Source: Parcubacteria bacterium DG_74_3 (GTDB taxonomy: Bacteria > Patescibacteriota > Minisyncoccia > Minisyncoccales > DG-74-3). Taken from it: 64,000 bases of DNA. The stretch is taken from NCBI GenBank assembly GCA_001302985.1, contig LJNG01000002.1:7164-71163 (forward strand), in the 5' to 3' direction. Position numbers and translations under genes: made by a program. Positions 8,054-17,953 of the stretch are shown one piece after another. Position 1 is the stretch's first letter. Every line of letters begins with the position of its first letter. The notes under the pieces are model-generated. The model saw nothing but the letters and a program-made list of their open reading frames with translations. It did not search any database and was not told the DNA's origin.

Positions 8054-8323
8054 CTATGGAATGGCTTTAAAAGAACTACTTAATTCAGATTCGACGACCG
8101 GAAAGGTAAGGGTTGCTCGAACATTTGGTATTTGCCTAATCTGATTTTGAACAATATTATTTAATGCTTTTAGGTCCCTGGCAGTGACCTTAGCAATGAT
8201 ATCGTAGTTACCGTACACTACCCAAGCCCCCTCTACTTCTCTGATGGCTTTGGTTGCTTCTACTACTTCTTTCTCTTTTTCCAATTCAGACATTATGCAA
8301 ACATAGCCGATTTGGTTTCCCAT
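8054..8323 (-). CDS. Stand-alone Lrp/AsnC ligand-binding (RAM) domain protein
   Basis: V..AWVVYGNYDIIAKV...IRQIPNVRATLT; no HTH. Confidence 0.8.
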   Translation of the reverse strand: MGNQIGYVCIMSELEKEKEVVEATKAIREVEGAWVVYGNYDIIAKVTARDLKALNNIVQNQIRQIPNVRATLTFPVVESELSSSFKAIP

Positions 8324-8403
8324 TGTTTCACCTGCCTTTTTTAAAGGACAGTAAGATAAAATAGCATAATTTTAAACATTTATCAATATTCTTTTTTGTT
8401 TAG

Positions 8404-8595
8404 CTATTGTTCGATGCCTGTTTCTTCTCCGGCCCATTTTTCGAGCTGTTCTATTCTCCGAAATTGGTACAAAGAGGCTACATCAACCATAACGTGATTT
8501 ATATAAATCAAAATTGCTGTTGCGGTCAGGGTAGCTACAAAAAAGGCAATTAGAAGATATTTCCAGTTGGTCTGAGCTTCTCTAAATGGCGTCAT
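8404..8595 (-). CDS. Small single-pass membrane hypothetical protein
   Basis: TNWKYLLIAFFVATLTATAILIY hydrophobic segment; ATG start. Confidence 0.5.
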   Translation of the reverse strand: MTPFREAQTNWKYLLIAFFVATLTATAILIYINHVMVDVASLYQFRRIEQLEKWAGEETGIEQ

Positions 8596-8780
8596 GTTGT
8601 TTTATTATTTACATTATATCAAATGGAGATGTCCGAGAAAACTGTACATAAACCTTTCGTTCAGGGTGAATTCTCAATCAATGACTCGCACTGAGTTTAC
8701 CGGAGTGCTCCGAGAATAAAACGCAATTTAACCTGTTTTGGATAAATTTTCTCCGTTTAGCCAATGTAGTACCAACCCTC

Positions 8781-8808
8781 TTGACTTATAAAAGATAACA
8801 GCTATAAT
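8781..8808 (+). promoter_or_regulatory. Sigma70 promoter for the CxxC-x17-CxxC gene
   Basis: TTGACT-16 nt-TATAAT, about 120 nt upstream of the ATG at 8935. Confidence 0.6.
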
Positions 8809-8934
8809 ATACTCAGACCGATAAGTCGAAGTATCTTAAGTAAGTCTTTAATTGTAAAATTAAAAGCCCAAACAAGTAGAGCGACTTAGAAGTCAGAAAG
8901 GTCGCTTTTTATTTTAGTCACATAAAAATCTAAT

Positions 8935-9120
8935 ATGGCTTTTAAAAAATTTGAACGTAAACCGAGCGAAGGGTTTGAACGTAAAATGTATCAGGGAGAT
9001 TGGACCTGCGCTGATTGTGGAACGAAAATTACTGAACTTCCTTTTCAACCCTCGCCGGATCGACCCATTTACTGTAGAGAGTGCCACGCCAAAAGAAGAG
9101 GTCAAAGATTCCAAAGATAG
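8935..9120 (+). CDS. CxxC-x17-CxxC zinc-ribbon domain protein
   Basis: RKMY...CADCG...ELPFQP...RPIYCRECH. Confidence 0.85.
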   Translation: MAFKKFERKPSEGFERKMYQGDWTCADCGTKITELPFQPSPDRPIYCRECHAKRRGQRFQR

Positions 9121-9130
9121 TCTAGAACGG

Positions 9131-9161
9131 AAAAGCCCCGCAATAATCTTGCGGGGCTTTT
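9131..9161 (+). terminator. Intrinsic terminator (probably bidirectional)
   Basis: AAAAGCCCCGCAA-TAATC-TTGCGGGGCTTTT. Confidence 0.75.
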
Positions 9162-9218
9162 GATTTTATCAAAAACCCTAGGAATTTCCTGAAAAATTTC
9201 CCAGGTTCAGATAACAAT

Positions 9219-10253
9219 TCACCAATAAACATCTTCAAAGGTTCCCACGCCATTACCCACATCATCCAAGGTAATCAGTCTACCCTTACTTTTGAGATTA
9301 AGCTCTTTGGGTATCACGGCGTATTCATTATACACCAGTGAACCACCGCCTCTTGCAATGAATTGTTTTCTTGTATAAGTTTCTAATACAATTTTGAAAT
9401 CTTTATCGTTATCTCTACCTTCGACTATCCATAATAGCGTATCGCCTTTTCTTTTTGATATTTTCAATCTTGGATTATTAAACTTAATAATTTCACCATT
9501 CTTATAATCATAAAAATCTAAGGAACTATGGAAATATTTTCTTGAATTTTCACCAATTTTAATACAGAAAAATCTTACCATAGCACTATTTTGGAATAAT
9601 ACTCTTCCCCAGTGCCAAGGTCCGAGCATTGTCACGCCAACAACTTTTTGCAGATGTCCTGTCCCCCTGAACCTTTTTCCCAATACAACGCCATCAACCT
9701 CTGAGTAAATGTTCACACAACCCGCACCAAAAGGAGGCATGAAAGCGCCAAATGCTTCTTTATTATGGAAGTGCTTTGTTTTTCTGATATTCAAGTTAAT
9801 GGCATCGTCTATCTTTAGCCTGTAATTTGGAAAGCTACCACTAAATGTCATCTCTTGGCCCGAGATTTCAGAAAATATCGATTTGGCTTGAATTTCTGTA
9901 ATAGCATTTGTGTCTCCTAAATCGTGGAGTCTTTTTCCATCATATACCCAACCAGTAGTGACGGCTTGAAATTTGTTTTTTCCTAAATTTCTAAGTATTA
10001 TCTCTTTATCGTTAAACAGCATTTTCTTTCCATGTTTTCTAAATATCATTAACATCACTTGTGCAGGTTTTTCTTCACCTTGTCCGAAAAAAAGAAACCA
10101 CCAATATTCTTTTCCTAAAGGAGGTAATGTTTCGGAATTATATATTACCCGATCTAATAATGCCTCGTTAACATTCGGACCATTTATGGCAGAAAGTTTT
10201 CGTATGAGACCATATGTCTCACGGATTTTTTTAATTTTATTAACATCAATCAT
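9219..10253 (-). CDS. Hypothetical protein, possibly AttH/tocopherol-cyclase-like beta-rich fold
   Basis: 344-aa ORF; KEYWWFLFF, GTGHLQKVVG, PWHWG, YNEY resemble that fold. The family call is weak. Confidence 0.6.
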   Translation of the reverse strand: MIDVNKIKKIRETYGLIRKLSAINGPNVNEALLDRVIYNSETLPPLGKEYWWFLFFGQGEEKPAQVMLMIFRKHGKKMLFNDKEIILRNLGKNKFQAVTTGWVYDGKRLHDLGDTNAITEIQAKSIFSEISGQEMTFSGSFPNYRLKIDDAINLNIRKTKHFHNKEAFGAFMPPFGAGCVNIYSEVDGVVLGKRFRGTGHLQKVVGVTMLGPWHWGRVLFQNSAMVRFFCIKIGENSRKYFHSSLDFYDYKNGEIIKFNNPRLKISKRKGDTLLWIVEGRDNDKDFKIVLETYTRKQFIARGGGSLVYNEYAVIPKELNLKSKGRLITLDDVGNGVGTFEDVYW

Positions 10254-10438
10254 AATTATTAAGATTTACACCAGGTCGCCGCTAGACCTTCTTGGTCCGA
10301 CATGGTTTTATCATTATTAATATATCACAAAAACCTGAGAAAAATTCTCGGGCAAGCGAGCTCCGGTAGTCGGTCTCGAACCTGTGGTTTAGAGGAAAAA
10401 TTGGAGGTTTTTGAGGGTTTCCCATAACGCGTCTCGGT

Positions 10439-10505
10439 CCTCCTTCGCCCTTCCGTAGCCCCGCAATGGCGGGGCGGAGGAGGGCTTCGTCAAGACTACG
10501 GAAGG
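10439..10505. repeat. Nested REP-like palindromic repeat
   Basis: Outer CCTCCTTCG..TCAAGACTACGGAAGG interrupted by an inverted related unit (10448-10484), with CTTCG repeated on both sides of the insert. Confidence 0.55.
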
Positions 10506-10555
10506 ATAAATCGGAGCTATTTTAAGCTAAACTTAGAAAGTATAAAAGGGAAATG

Positions 10556-10580
10556 AAAAAATCCCCTTAGAGGGATTTTT
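10556..10580 (-). terminator. Intrinsic terminator after the RRM gene
   Basis: AAAAATCCC..GGGATTTTT hairpin. Confidence 0.6.
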
Positions 10581-10588
10581 CCAAAATT

Positions 10589-10915
10589 CTAATAGCGATT
10601 TCTTCGGTCTCCCCTAAATCCTCTTCGCTCTTCGCGGCCAAACCCACCTCTTCGAGGAGGACGAGACTCTAAAGGCCTAGCTTCGTTTACAGTAATGCTT
10701 CTTCCGTCAATCTCTTTGCCGTTAAGCATTTCAATCGCTTTTTTAGCTTCTTCTTCGGAAGACATCTCAACAAAACCAAATCCTTTTGATCGGCCGGACA
10801 TTTTATCGGTAATCACAGTCACCGATTCAACGGTCCCGGCTTGGGAAAAAGTCTTTTTTAAAGTCGTTTCGGTGGTTTCGTAAGATAACCCTCCGACAAA
10901 TAATTTTTTTGTCAT
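10589..10915 (-). CDS. RRM (RNP-1) RNA-binding protein
   Basis: RNP2 LFVGGL, RNP1 KGFGFVEM, RG-rich tail. Confidence 0.93.
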   Translation of the reverse strand: MTKKLFVGGLSYETTETTLKKTFSQAGTVESVTVITDKMSGRSKGFGFVEMSSEEEAKKAIEMLNGKEIDGRSITVNEARPLESRPPRRGGFGREERRGFRGDRRNRY

Positions 10916-11032
10916 ATTTGTTCCTTAATAATTTATTAATGAGTAAGCCGACCGACTATTTTTTCTCCTTCAGGACTTACATAATTAATAAAATATGTAA
11001 GGAAGGGAAATTTAATAGAAACTTACCTCTAT

Positions 11033-11061
11033 ATAATAATCTATTGTTATAAAAACGTCAA
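11033..11061 (-). promoter_or_regulatory. Sigma70 promoter for the RRM gene
   Basis: Minus strand TTGACG-17 nt-TATTAT. Confidence 0.5.
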
Positions 11062-11171
11062 GATTGAATAAATTTATTTATTTCTGTGTCTTTTTAAAAA
11101 TCGTCTGTGTCTTGTTTTATTTCTGTAATAATTTTTATTCTTTTTATTTTTCATAATCTATCTAGTCAAAT

Positions 11172-11420
11172 TTATACTTTCTTTTTATCCCACGACACAG
11201 AAATAAGCCATAAAATAAACGGTCTCCTGAGTTTATCTATAGACCAATTATCATCCTTAAAAAGCGATGCTTTTTCTATTCTGAAACGAGAAAGCAAAGA
11301 AATAGTAGCTCTCAAGTTTACGGGAGACAACCTATTATGCTCCTCTAAAAACTCCTCTTTTTTTAAGTGTAGGTTTGTAAGTTTTTTAACCTTTTTGAAT
11401 CTTGGAATCATATTTTGCAA
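11172..11420 (-). CDS. Small basic hypothetical protein (start may be the ATG at 11411)
   Basis: 82-aa ORF with its own upstream TTGCTT-17 nt-TATGAT promoter (11560-11532). Confidence 0.55.
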   Translation of the reverse strand: MQNMIPRFKKVKKLTNLHLKKEEFLEEHNRLSPVNLRATISLLSRFRIEKASLFKDDNWSIDKLRRPFILWLISVSWDKKKV

Positions 11421-11618
11421 ATAAAAAGCAACTCCTTATAACGGTGAGTTGCAAATAGTATTATTGAGTATTTTCCTTAATGATAATCTGGTAACTATTT
11501 GTAGTCCAAAACTCTCAGAATCTCTATTTTCATCATACATCCTTTCTTTTTAGAAAGCAAGCCCGAGAGAAAAACTCGGGTTAGGACGTCTCGGTCGCTC
11601 GAACCGAGCACAAGCCTG

Positions 11619-11690
11619 CTCCGGGAGAGGGATTCGAACCCCCGACCCTCGCCTTAACAGGGCGCCGTTCTACCGCTGAACTATCCCGGA
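11619..11690 (-). tRNA. tRNA-Asn (GTT)
   Basis: TCCGGGA/TCCCGGA acceptor stem, CT-GTT-AA anticodon loop, GGTTCGAATCC T-arm; CCA not encoded. Confidence 0.95.
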
Positions 11691-11725
11691 TTGATAATAA
11701 ATAATAACTAATTATTTATCAGGAA

Positions 11726-12925
11726 TCAATATCCTTTCAGTTTTTTCAATTTTTGATGTTCTCGAATTTTTTCAAGGGATTTGGCTTCAATCTGACGAAT
11801 TCTTTCTCGGGTTACTCCAAAAACCTGACCTACTTGCTCTAAGGTGTGGGTAACTCCATCTTTAAGACCAAATCTCATTGATAATATCTTTTGTTCTCTG
11901 GGAGTTAAATCAACCAGAATTTCTTGAAGTCTTCCCCGCAATAGAGTTCTGGCTGCTTTCAAAGAGGGAGGGATTTCTTTTTCATCTTTTATAAATTTGA
12001 GTAAAACACTATCTTCTTCTTCCCCTACTGGCGTTTCCAGAGAAATAGTTCTTTGGGCAATGCTCATTATGTGGTGAACTTTATCTATTTCAAGGCCCAT
12101 TTCGGCTGCAATCTCATCGGGCAAAGGTTCTCTGCCCAACTCTTTTAAAAGTCGACGTCTCACCTGGGTGTACTTGGAAATGGTTTCTATCATATGGACG
12201 GGAATTCTTATAGTTCGCGCCTGGTCAGCCAGGGACCTGGTAATAGCCTGTCTTATCCACCAGGTGGCATAAGTTGAAAATTTATATCCTCTTCTCCAGT
12301 CGAATTTTTCTACTGCCCGAAAAAGACCCAAGTTTCCCTCCTGAATTAAATCTAGAAGGGTCATGTTGGGAGACCTCCCAATATATCTTTTGGCAATGGA
12401 AACTACCAGCCTGAGGTTAGCTCGAGCCAGTTCTTTCTTTGCTTCTTCGTCTCCCTTTTCGATTCTTTTGGCTAATTCTTTTTCTTTATCCGGAGTAATT
12501 AAGGAATAGGAGCCAACCTCTTTTAGATACATTTGCACCGGATCAATTGTTCGGGCTTCTAAAAACCTTTTTTTCTTTGGTTTCTTGGTAATCTCCAAAA
12601 ATTCTCTGGCTTCTTTTACTTCTATACCCATTTTTTCTAATTCTTCGTAAAGCCCCTCTAGTCCCTCAACATCTTTCTCTACAGCAGGAAATAAATGCAA
12701 AATTTCAGAGAAGGTCACAAATCTGCGCTCTTTTCCTTTTTCAAAGAGTTCCTTAAGTTTTTCAGGAGAAAAAACAAAAACTTTCCTCGCTTTTGGTTTT
12801 TTCTCTCTGATTTTTTTCTTTTTAATCTTTCCTTTTTTCAGCGCCTTCTTTTTCACCCTTTCTTTACGAATCTTTCTGGTGTCTTTTCTTTTTCGAGAGA
12901 TTTTCTTTTTGCTTATTTTTCTCAT
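11726..12925 (-). CDS. rpoD: RNA polymerase primary sigma factor
   Basis: [55 protein letters not shown]. Confidence 0.95.
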   Translation of the reverse strand: MRKISKKKISRKRKDTRKIRKERVKKKALKKGKIKKKKIREKKPKARKVFVFSPEKLKELFEKGKERRFVTFSEILHLFPAVEKDVEGLEGLYEELEKMGIEVKEAREFLEITKKPKKKRFLEARTIDPVQMYLKEVGSYSLITPDKEKELAKRIEKGDEEAKKELARANLRLVVSIAKRYIGRSPNMTLLDLIQEGNLGLFRAVEKFDWRRGYKFSTYATWWIRQAITRSLADQARTIRIPVHMIETISKYTQVRRRLLKELGREPLPDEIAAEMGLEIDKVHHIMSIAQRTISLETPVGEEEDSVLLKFIKDEKEIPPSLKAARTLLRGRLQEILVDLTPREQKILSMRFGLKDGVTHTLEQVGQVFGVTRERIRQIEAKSLEKIREHQKLKKLKGY

Positions 12926-14631
12926 AAAATTTGCCTAGTCCAATAATTAAATTCTTCAATTAGTTTTTCGCATTTTTTCATATCTTTATTTCCTTCGGCC
13001 TCTTTTATGTTCTGGGAAATATTGTTTAATTTCTTTTTTATCTCTAGGGACTTAAGTTCTTTTAAGCAATTTGTGAATTCTTCTTCCATCTCTTCTATTT
13101 CTGGCTCAACTTCGGCCTTTAAAGAAAGGTAATTGAAGAAATCGGAAAGGGAGAGGGGAATTTTTTCTTTCTTCTTGAGACAGGAAATAATCTGCGAGAC
13201 GTTGGCAGAAAAGAATTCAAGGTTTTCTTTGGAGATAGAATTAATAAGGAGTTGAGATTTCATAATTAAGATAAGCAATCTTTCTTCGAGAAGTTCTTTT
13301 CTTGATTTCTGGGGAAGGGTTTCTAACTCCTGGACCTCTAAACCAAAAGCTTCTTCTTCTAATTTCACTTTTTTTAATTCTTCTCTAACCGCTCCCTCTC
13401 CCACTTCTAATTGTTTAGCCAGTTTTTGTATCCAAAAAGATTGCTCAATTTTATTTGGAATTCTTTTTATAACCGGTAAGAGAACTTTTGATATTTCTCT
13501 TTTTCCTTCAGGGGTTTTAGAATTTTTTTTAGAAAGAGTGGTTTCAAAATAAAAATCCAAAATTGAGCGAGCATTATCAATCAGTTTTGTAAAATCCTCC
13601 GGGTTTTCTGAGATTACATCGGCCGGGTCCTTACCTTCGGGAAGAAGAATAACTTTTAGATTAAACCCCTTAACTTGGGCTAAATCTATCCCTCTTTTGG
13701 TAGCCGTGTCTCCAGCAATGTCCATATCAAAGCCTAAAAAGAGATTATCAGAATATCTTTTTAGGAAAATTAATTGAAAGGGAGTAAGGGCAGTACCCGA
13801 GGTAGCTACGGTGTTTTCCATTTCTGCCTGATGGGCCAGAATTACATCGGTATATCCCTCAACCAACATACAAAAGTCTTTTTTTCTAATCTCTACTTTT
13901 GCCCTGTCTAAGCCGTAGAGAACTTTACCCTTGTCATACAAAAGAGTATTGGGAGTATTAATATATTTCGCCACGTCTTCTTTTTTAAATATCCTTCCCC
14001 CAAAACCAATAACCTGCGAGTTTAAATCAAAAATTGGAAAAATAATTCTTCCCCGAAAACGGTCGTAATACGAACCTTTTTCGCCTCTAATAGATAATCC
14101 TGCCTTTTCGATTTCTTCTCGTTTGTATCCTTTGGAAACTAAAAAATCAGATAAACCTCGCCAGACTTCCGGCGACCAACCAAGTCTCCATTTTGTTAAA
14201 GATTCTTCTTTTATCCCCCGTCCCAAAAGATACTCTTTTACCTCTTGACCCTTTGAGCTTCCGGTCAATTGCCTTTCAAAAAAACGGGTAGATAATTCAC
14301 AAATCTCGTAAAGTCTTTGTCTTTCTGTTTTCAGTCTGGGGTCAGGTTTTTTTAGCTCAACCCCTGCTCTTTGGGCTAAAATTCGCAAGGCATCACCAAA
14401 CTCTACGCCCTCAATTTCTTTAATAAAAGCAAAGATGTCTCCACCTTTTTGGCAACCAAAACAATGCCAGATTTGGCGAGTCGGACTTACAAAAAAAGAG
14501 GGGTTTTTTTCTGAATGAAAAGGACAGAGGGCCCGAAAATTAGCTCCGGCTTTTTTTAGTTTAATATAGCTTCCGATAACCTCAACTATATTCAATCTGT
14601 TTTTAATTTCATCGATGGGGGAATTTAACAC
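12922..14631 (-). CDS. dnaG: DNA primase
   Basis: CPFH..CFGC zinc finger, [35 protein letters not shown]. Start probably the GTG at 14631. Confidence 0.95.
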   Translation of the reverse strand: MLNSPIDEIKNRLNIVEVIGSYIKLKKAGANFRALCPFHSEKNPSFFVSPTRQIWHCFGCQKGGDIFAFIKEIEGVEFGDALRILAQRAGVELKKPDPRLKTERQRLYEICELSTRFFERQLTGSSKGQEVKEYLLGRGIKEESLTKWRLGWSPEVWRGLSDFLVSKGYKREEIEKAGLSIRGEKGSYYDRFRGRIIFPIFDLNSQVIGFGGRIFKKEDVAKYINTPNTLLYDKGKVLYGLDRAKVEIRKKDFCMLVEGYTDVILAHQAEMENTVATSGTALTPFQLIFLKRYSDNLFLGFDMDIAGDTATKRGIDLAQVKGFNLKVILLPEGKDPADVISENPEDFTKLIDNARSILDFYFETTLSKKNSKTPEGKREISKVLLPVIKRIPNKIEQSFWIQKLAKQLEVGEGAVREELKKVKLEEEAFGLEVQELETLPQKSRKELLEERLLILIMKSQLLINSISKENLEFFSANVSQIISCLKKKEKIPLSLSDFFNYLSLKAEVEPEIEEMEEEFTNCLKELKSLEIKKKLNNISQNIKEAEGNKDMKKCEKLIEEFNYWTRQIL

Positions 14632-14736
14632 ACTGATGGCAAAATCTTCTAAATCTGATATAATATTATCAGAGATTGAACGCTTAATCAACTAATTAAA
14701 ATAAACTTTCGCTCAGCTGGTGAAAGCCTTTCTTAA

Positions 14737-15774
14737 ATGAAAATAGCTCAAGTTGCACCTCTTTGGATTCCGGTTCCTCCTTATACTTACGGGGGTACCG
14801 AGCTTGTTATTTCCTGGCTCTCTGACGAATTGGTAAAAAGAGGACACCAGGTCACTCTTTTTGCGACAGGAGATTCAAAAACCGAAGCAAATTTAGTTCC
14901 CATCTGGCCAAAATCTCTATGGAGATCCAACTTAAACGCCCCTCATGCTGTTTTTGCCTTACTTTATAAAACTCTTTCTGATCTAGAGGGTCAGTTTGAT
15001 ATTATCCATGACCATTGTGAATTCTATACCTCTCCTTTCAGTAAATTTTTTAAGACACCGATTGTATCCACCCTACACCATCCGATGTACGAGGAAATGA
15101 TAATTCTCTTCAAAAAATTCCCTAAAATTAACTATGTGGCAATTTCAAAATCTCAGAGAAGAAGCGCTCCAGGGGTAAATTTTGTCAAAACCATCTATCA
15201 TGGTTTACCAACCGAAAAGTATCCCTTTAATCCAGAGCCTAAAGATTATCTTTTTTGGCTTTCAAAAATATCACCAGAAAAAGGAATAGCCGAGGCCATT
15301 GAGATAGCTCAAAGAGCAGGAGAAAAACTGATTATTTCTGGGGTCATACTAAAAGAGCATCAAGATTTTTTTGAATATAGAATAAAACCAATGATTGATG
15401 GGAAACAAATTCAGTTTGTGGGCGCTGCTGATTTTGAAAAAAAGGTTGAACTTTTCAAAAACGCCAAAGCCTTTTTATATCCCATTAAGAGACCCGAGCC
15501 CTTTGGTCTTGTTGTTATTGAGTCAATGGCCTGTGGTACACCGGTTCTTGCCTACAAAGCCGGAGCAATGCCCGAGCTTATAAAACATGGAAAAACAGGC
15601 TTTTTGCTAAATTCTCAAGAAGAAATGGTGGGGGCCTTAAAAAAGATTAATGAAATTAAAAGAATAGACTGTCATAGGCATATTTTAAGAAAATTTAGTC
15701 TTCAGAAAACGGTTAATAAATATGAAGCCCTTTATCATAAAATATTAAAAAATGAAAAAAAGAAAAAAACTTAA
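14737..15774 (+). CDS. Glycosyltransferase family 4 (GT-B) #1
   Basis: MKIAQVAP..VPP..YGGTE, EPFGLVVIESMACGTPV. Confidence 0.9.
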   Translation: MKIAQVAPLWIPVPPYTYGGTELVISWLSDELVKRGHQVTLFATGDSKTEANLVPIWPKSLWRSNLNAPHAVFALLYKTLSDLEGQFDIIHDHCEFYTSPFSKFFKTPIVSTLHHPMYEEMIILFKKFPKINYVAISKSQRRSAPGVNFVKTIYHGLPTEKYPFNPEPKDYLFWLSKISPEKGIAEAIEIAQRAGEKLIISGVILKEHQDFFEYRIKPMIDGKQIQFVGAADFEKKVELFKNAKAFLYPIKRPEPFGLVVIESMACGTPVLAYKAGAMPELIKHGKTGFLLNSQEEMVGALKKINEIKRIDCHRHILRKFSLQKTVNKYEALYHKILKNEKKKKT

Positions 15775-16855
15775 AATTGCTCAAATTGCTCCTTTATGGA
15801 TTCCTGTGCCTCCAAAAAAATATGGGGGAATCGAAAGAATTGTTCACTATTTAACCGAGGAGCTAGTGATGAGGGGGCACGAGGTAACTTTGTTTGCTTC
15901 TGGCAATTCAAAAACTAAAGCTAAACTGGTATCTGTTTATCACAAGGGGCTCTTGGAGGGCAAAATTCCCTGGACAGACCCTTTCTGGAATTTAGAAAAT
16001 TTATCTCGCGCTTTCAGGGAAGCAGACCACTTTGATGTCATTCATTCTCATCTAGACCTCTGGACCTTATTTTTCCAAGAATTAACTAAGACACCCGTCT
16101 TACACACCTTTCACAACCCCCTTTATACTGCCTCTATTACTGACCCCAAAAGAATCCCTACTCGCCTCAAAATGTTTAATCTTCACAGGAAAACCAGCTA
16201 CGGGTGTTTTATTTCAAAATCTCAAAGAAAGCTTTGTCCGGTGAAGTTTCCCAGAAATTGGGTTGTTTATAATGGGATTGATTTATCGCTGTATAAATTT
16301 AACCCCAAACCAAAAGATTATTTTGTCTGGATAGCCAGAGTCGATCCCTATAAAGGAATTGAAAATGCAATTTTGGCAGCTAAAAAAGCCCAGGTCAAAT
16401 TACTTCTAGCCGGTCGTCTTGATCCCGGAAGAAAAGAATATTTTAGAAAGAAAATTAAACCCCACCTGTCTAATAAAATTAAATTCTTGGGCGAACTCTC
16501 CCAAGAAAAGTTAGCTAACTTTTATGGAAATGCCAGGGCCTGCCTTTACCCAATTGAATGGCAAGAACCTTTTGGTTTAATTATGGCCGAAGCTATGGCC
16601 TGTGGAACACCGGTAATAGCTTTTGACCAGGGTTCGGTTTCTGAGGTTATTAAAAATGGGAAAACAGGATTTGTTGTGCCATTTTTGGACAAAAAAGGCA
16701 AAAGAAACATTAAGGGGCTTGTCGGAGCCATCAGAAAAATTGACCGGATTAAAAGAGAAGATTGTAGAAACTGGGTAGAGAAACAATTTAGTTATCAAAG
16801 AATGACCGATGATTACGAAAAAATTTATTACAAAATTCTAACTTCCAAATTATGA
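15752..16855 (+). CDS. Glycosyltransferase family 4 #2
   Basis: KIAQIAP..VPPKKYGGIE, EPFGLIMAEAMACGTPV. Confidence 0.9.
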   Translation: MKKRKKLKIAQIAPLWIPVPPKKYGGIERIVHYLTEELVMRGHEVTLFASGNSKTKAKLVSVYHKGLLEGKIPWTDPFWNLENLSRAFREADHFDVIHSHLDLWTLFFQELTKTPVLHTFHNPLYTASITDPKRIPTRLKMFNLHRKTSYGCFISKSQRKLCPVKFPRNWVVYNGIDLSLYKFNPKPKDYFVWIARVDPYKGIENAILAAKKAQVKLLLAGRLDPGRKEYFRKKIKPHLSNKIKFLGELSQEKLANFYGNARACLYPIEWQEPFGLIMAEAMACGTPVIAFDQGSVSEVIKNGKTGFVVPFLDKKGKRNIKGLVGAIRKIDRIKREDCRNWVEKQFSYQRMTDDYEKIYYKILTSKL

Positions 16856-17952
16856 GCAAAAAAATGAAAATTGGTATGATGGTGACGGGTCATTTTACCA
16901 TTCCTCCTCCTCAAGGGATAATTTACGCTCCCATGTTTATTGCCGGGGCTGTGGCTGAGGGTTTAACTAAAAAGGGACATGAAATTTACTTTTTTGCCCC
17001 TCAGGGATCAGAACTAAGGGTAACCAAAATGATTTCTGGCAATTTAGAACCTCTTCACGGTTTTTCTGGAAAAAAAGATTTAAAAATTATTTCTAGTCCT
17101 CAGGTCGGAGGAGGAGAAAAGTGTAAAATTTTTAATTTGTGGGACCAATACCTTATTTCTTTAATCTATCAAGAAGCAATAAAGCAAAAGTTGGATATTA
17201 TCCATATTCATCCTGCAGACAGAGCTCTACCTTTTGGTTTGGCTTTCAAAAAAATCCCGATTGTTTATACGCTTCACGATCCGGTATATCACTGGAGAAA
17301 AGAAATATTTCAACTCTTTCAGAGTAAAAACCAATATTTCGTTTCCATATCAAATGCCCAGCGAAAGCCAGCCCCCAATCTAAACTGGATAGCAACAATT
17401 TACAATGGCTTAGATTTAAAGCTTTTTCCTTTTTCGGCTCAACCTAAAAATCAGTGTCTTTTCCTTGGTCGGCTTTTACCAACTAAGGGGGTGGCAGAAG
17501 CCGTAGTAGCTGCTCGAAAAGCAAAACAACCACTAATCATTGCTGGCACTCCCAATACCGGGGATTATTGGGAAAGAAAAATAAAACCCTTCCTGAGCAA
17601 AAATATAAGATATATCGGAAATGTTCCCTATGAAAAAACTTACCAATATTATGGCCAAGCTAAGGTTTTACTCTGTCCCATTCAATGGGAAGAGCCCTTT
17701 GGCTTAACTTTTATTGAAGCTATGGCCTGTGGAACACCGGTAATAGCTTTTGATAGGGGGTCAGCCAGTGAGGTAATAAAAGACGGAAAAACTGGCTTTG
17801 TTATAAAAACAATTGAAGAAATGATTAAAGCCATTAAGAAAGTTGACCAGATTAAAAGAAAGGAGTGCAGGAGCTGGGTGGAGAAAAAATTTAGTTACCA
17901 GAGAATGATAGATGATTATGAGAGGATCTTTCTAAGGATTCTGAAGAAATGA
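16852..17952 (+). CDS. Glycosyltransferase family 4 #3
   Basis: EEPFGLTFIEAMACGTPV; divergent acceptor loop IPPPQGIIYAP. Confidence 0.9.
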   Translation: MSKKMKIGMMVTGHFTIPPPQGIIYAPMFIAGAVAEGLTKKGHEIYFFAPQGSELRVTKMISGNLEPLHGFSGKKDLKIISSPQVGGGEKCKIFNLWDQYLISLIYQEAIKQKLDIIHIHPADRALPFGLAFKKIPIVYTLHDPVYHWRKEIFQLFQSKNQYFVSISNAQRKPAPNLNWIATIYNGLDLKLFPFSAQPKNQCLFLGRLLPTKGVAEAVVAARKAKQPLIIAGTPNTGDYWERKIKPFLSKNIRYIGNVPYEKTYQYYGQAKVLLCPIQWEEPFGLTFIEAMACGTPVIAFDRGSASEVIKDGKTGFVIKTIEEMIKAIKKVDQIKRKECRSWVEKKFSYQRMIDDYERIFLRILKK

Positions 17953-17953
17953 T

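Noticed and set aside
10359-10385. Additional tRNA (GGTTCGAGACC...CCGGAGC on the minus strand)
   Set aside because: The T-stem does not pair fully and no D-arm or anticodon arm can be built; kept only as part of the ncRNA candidate.
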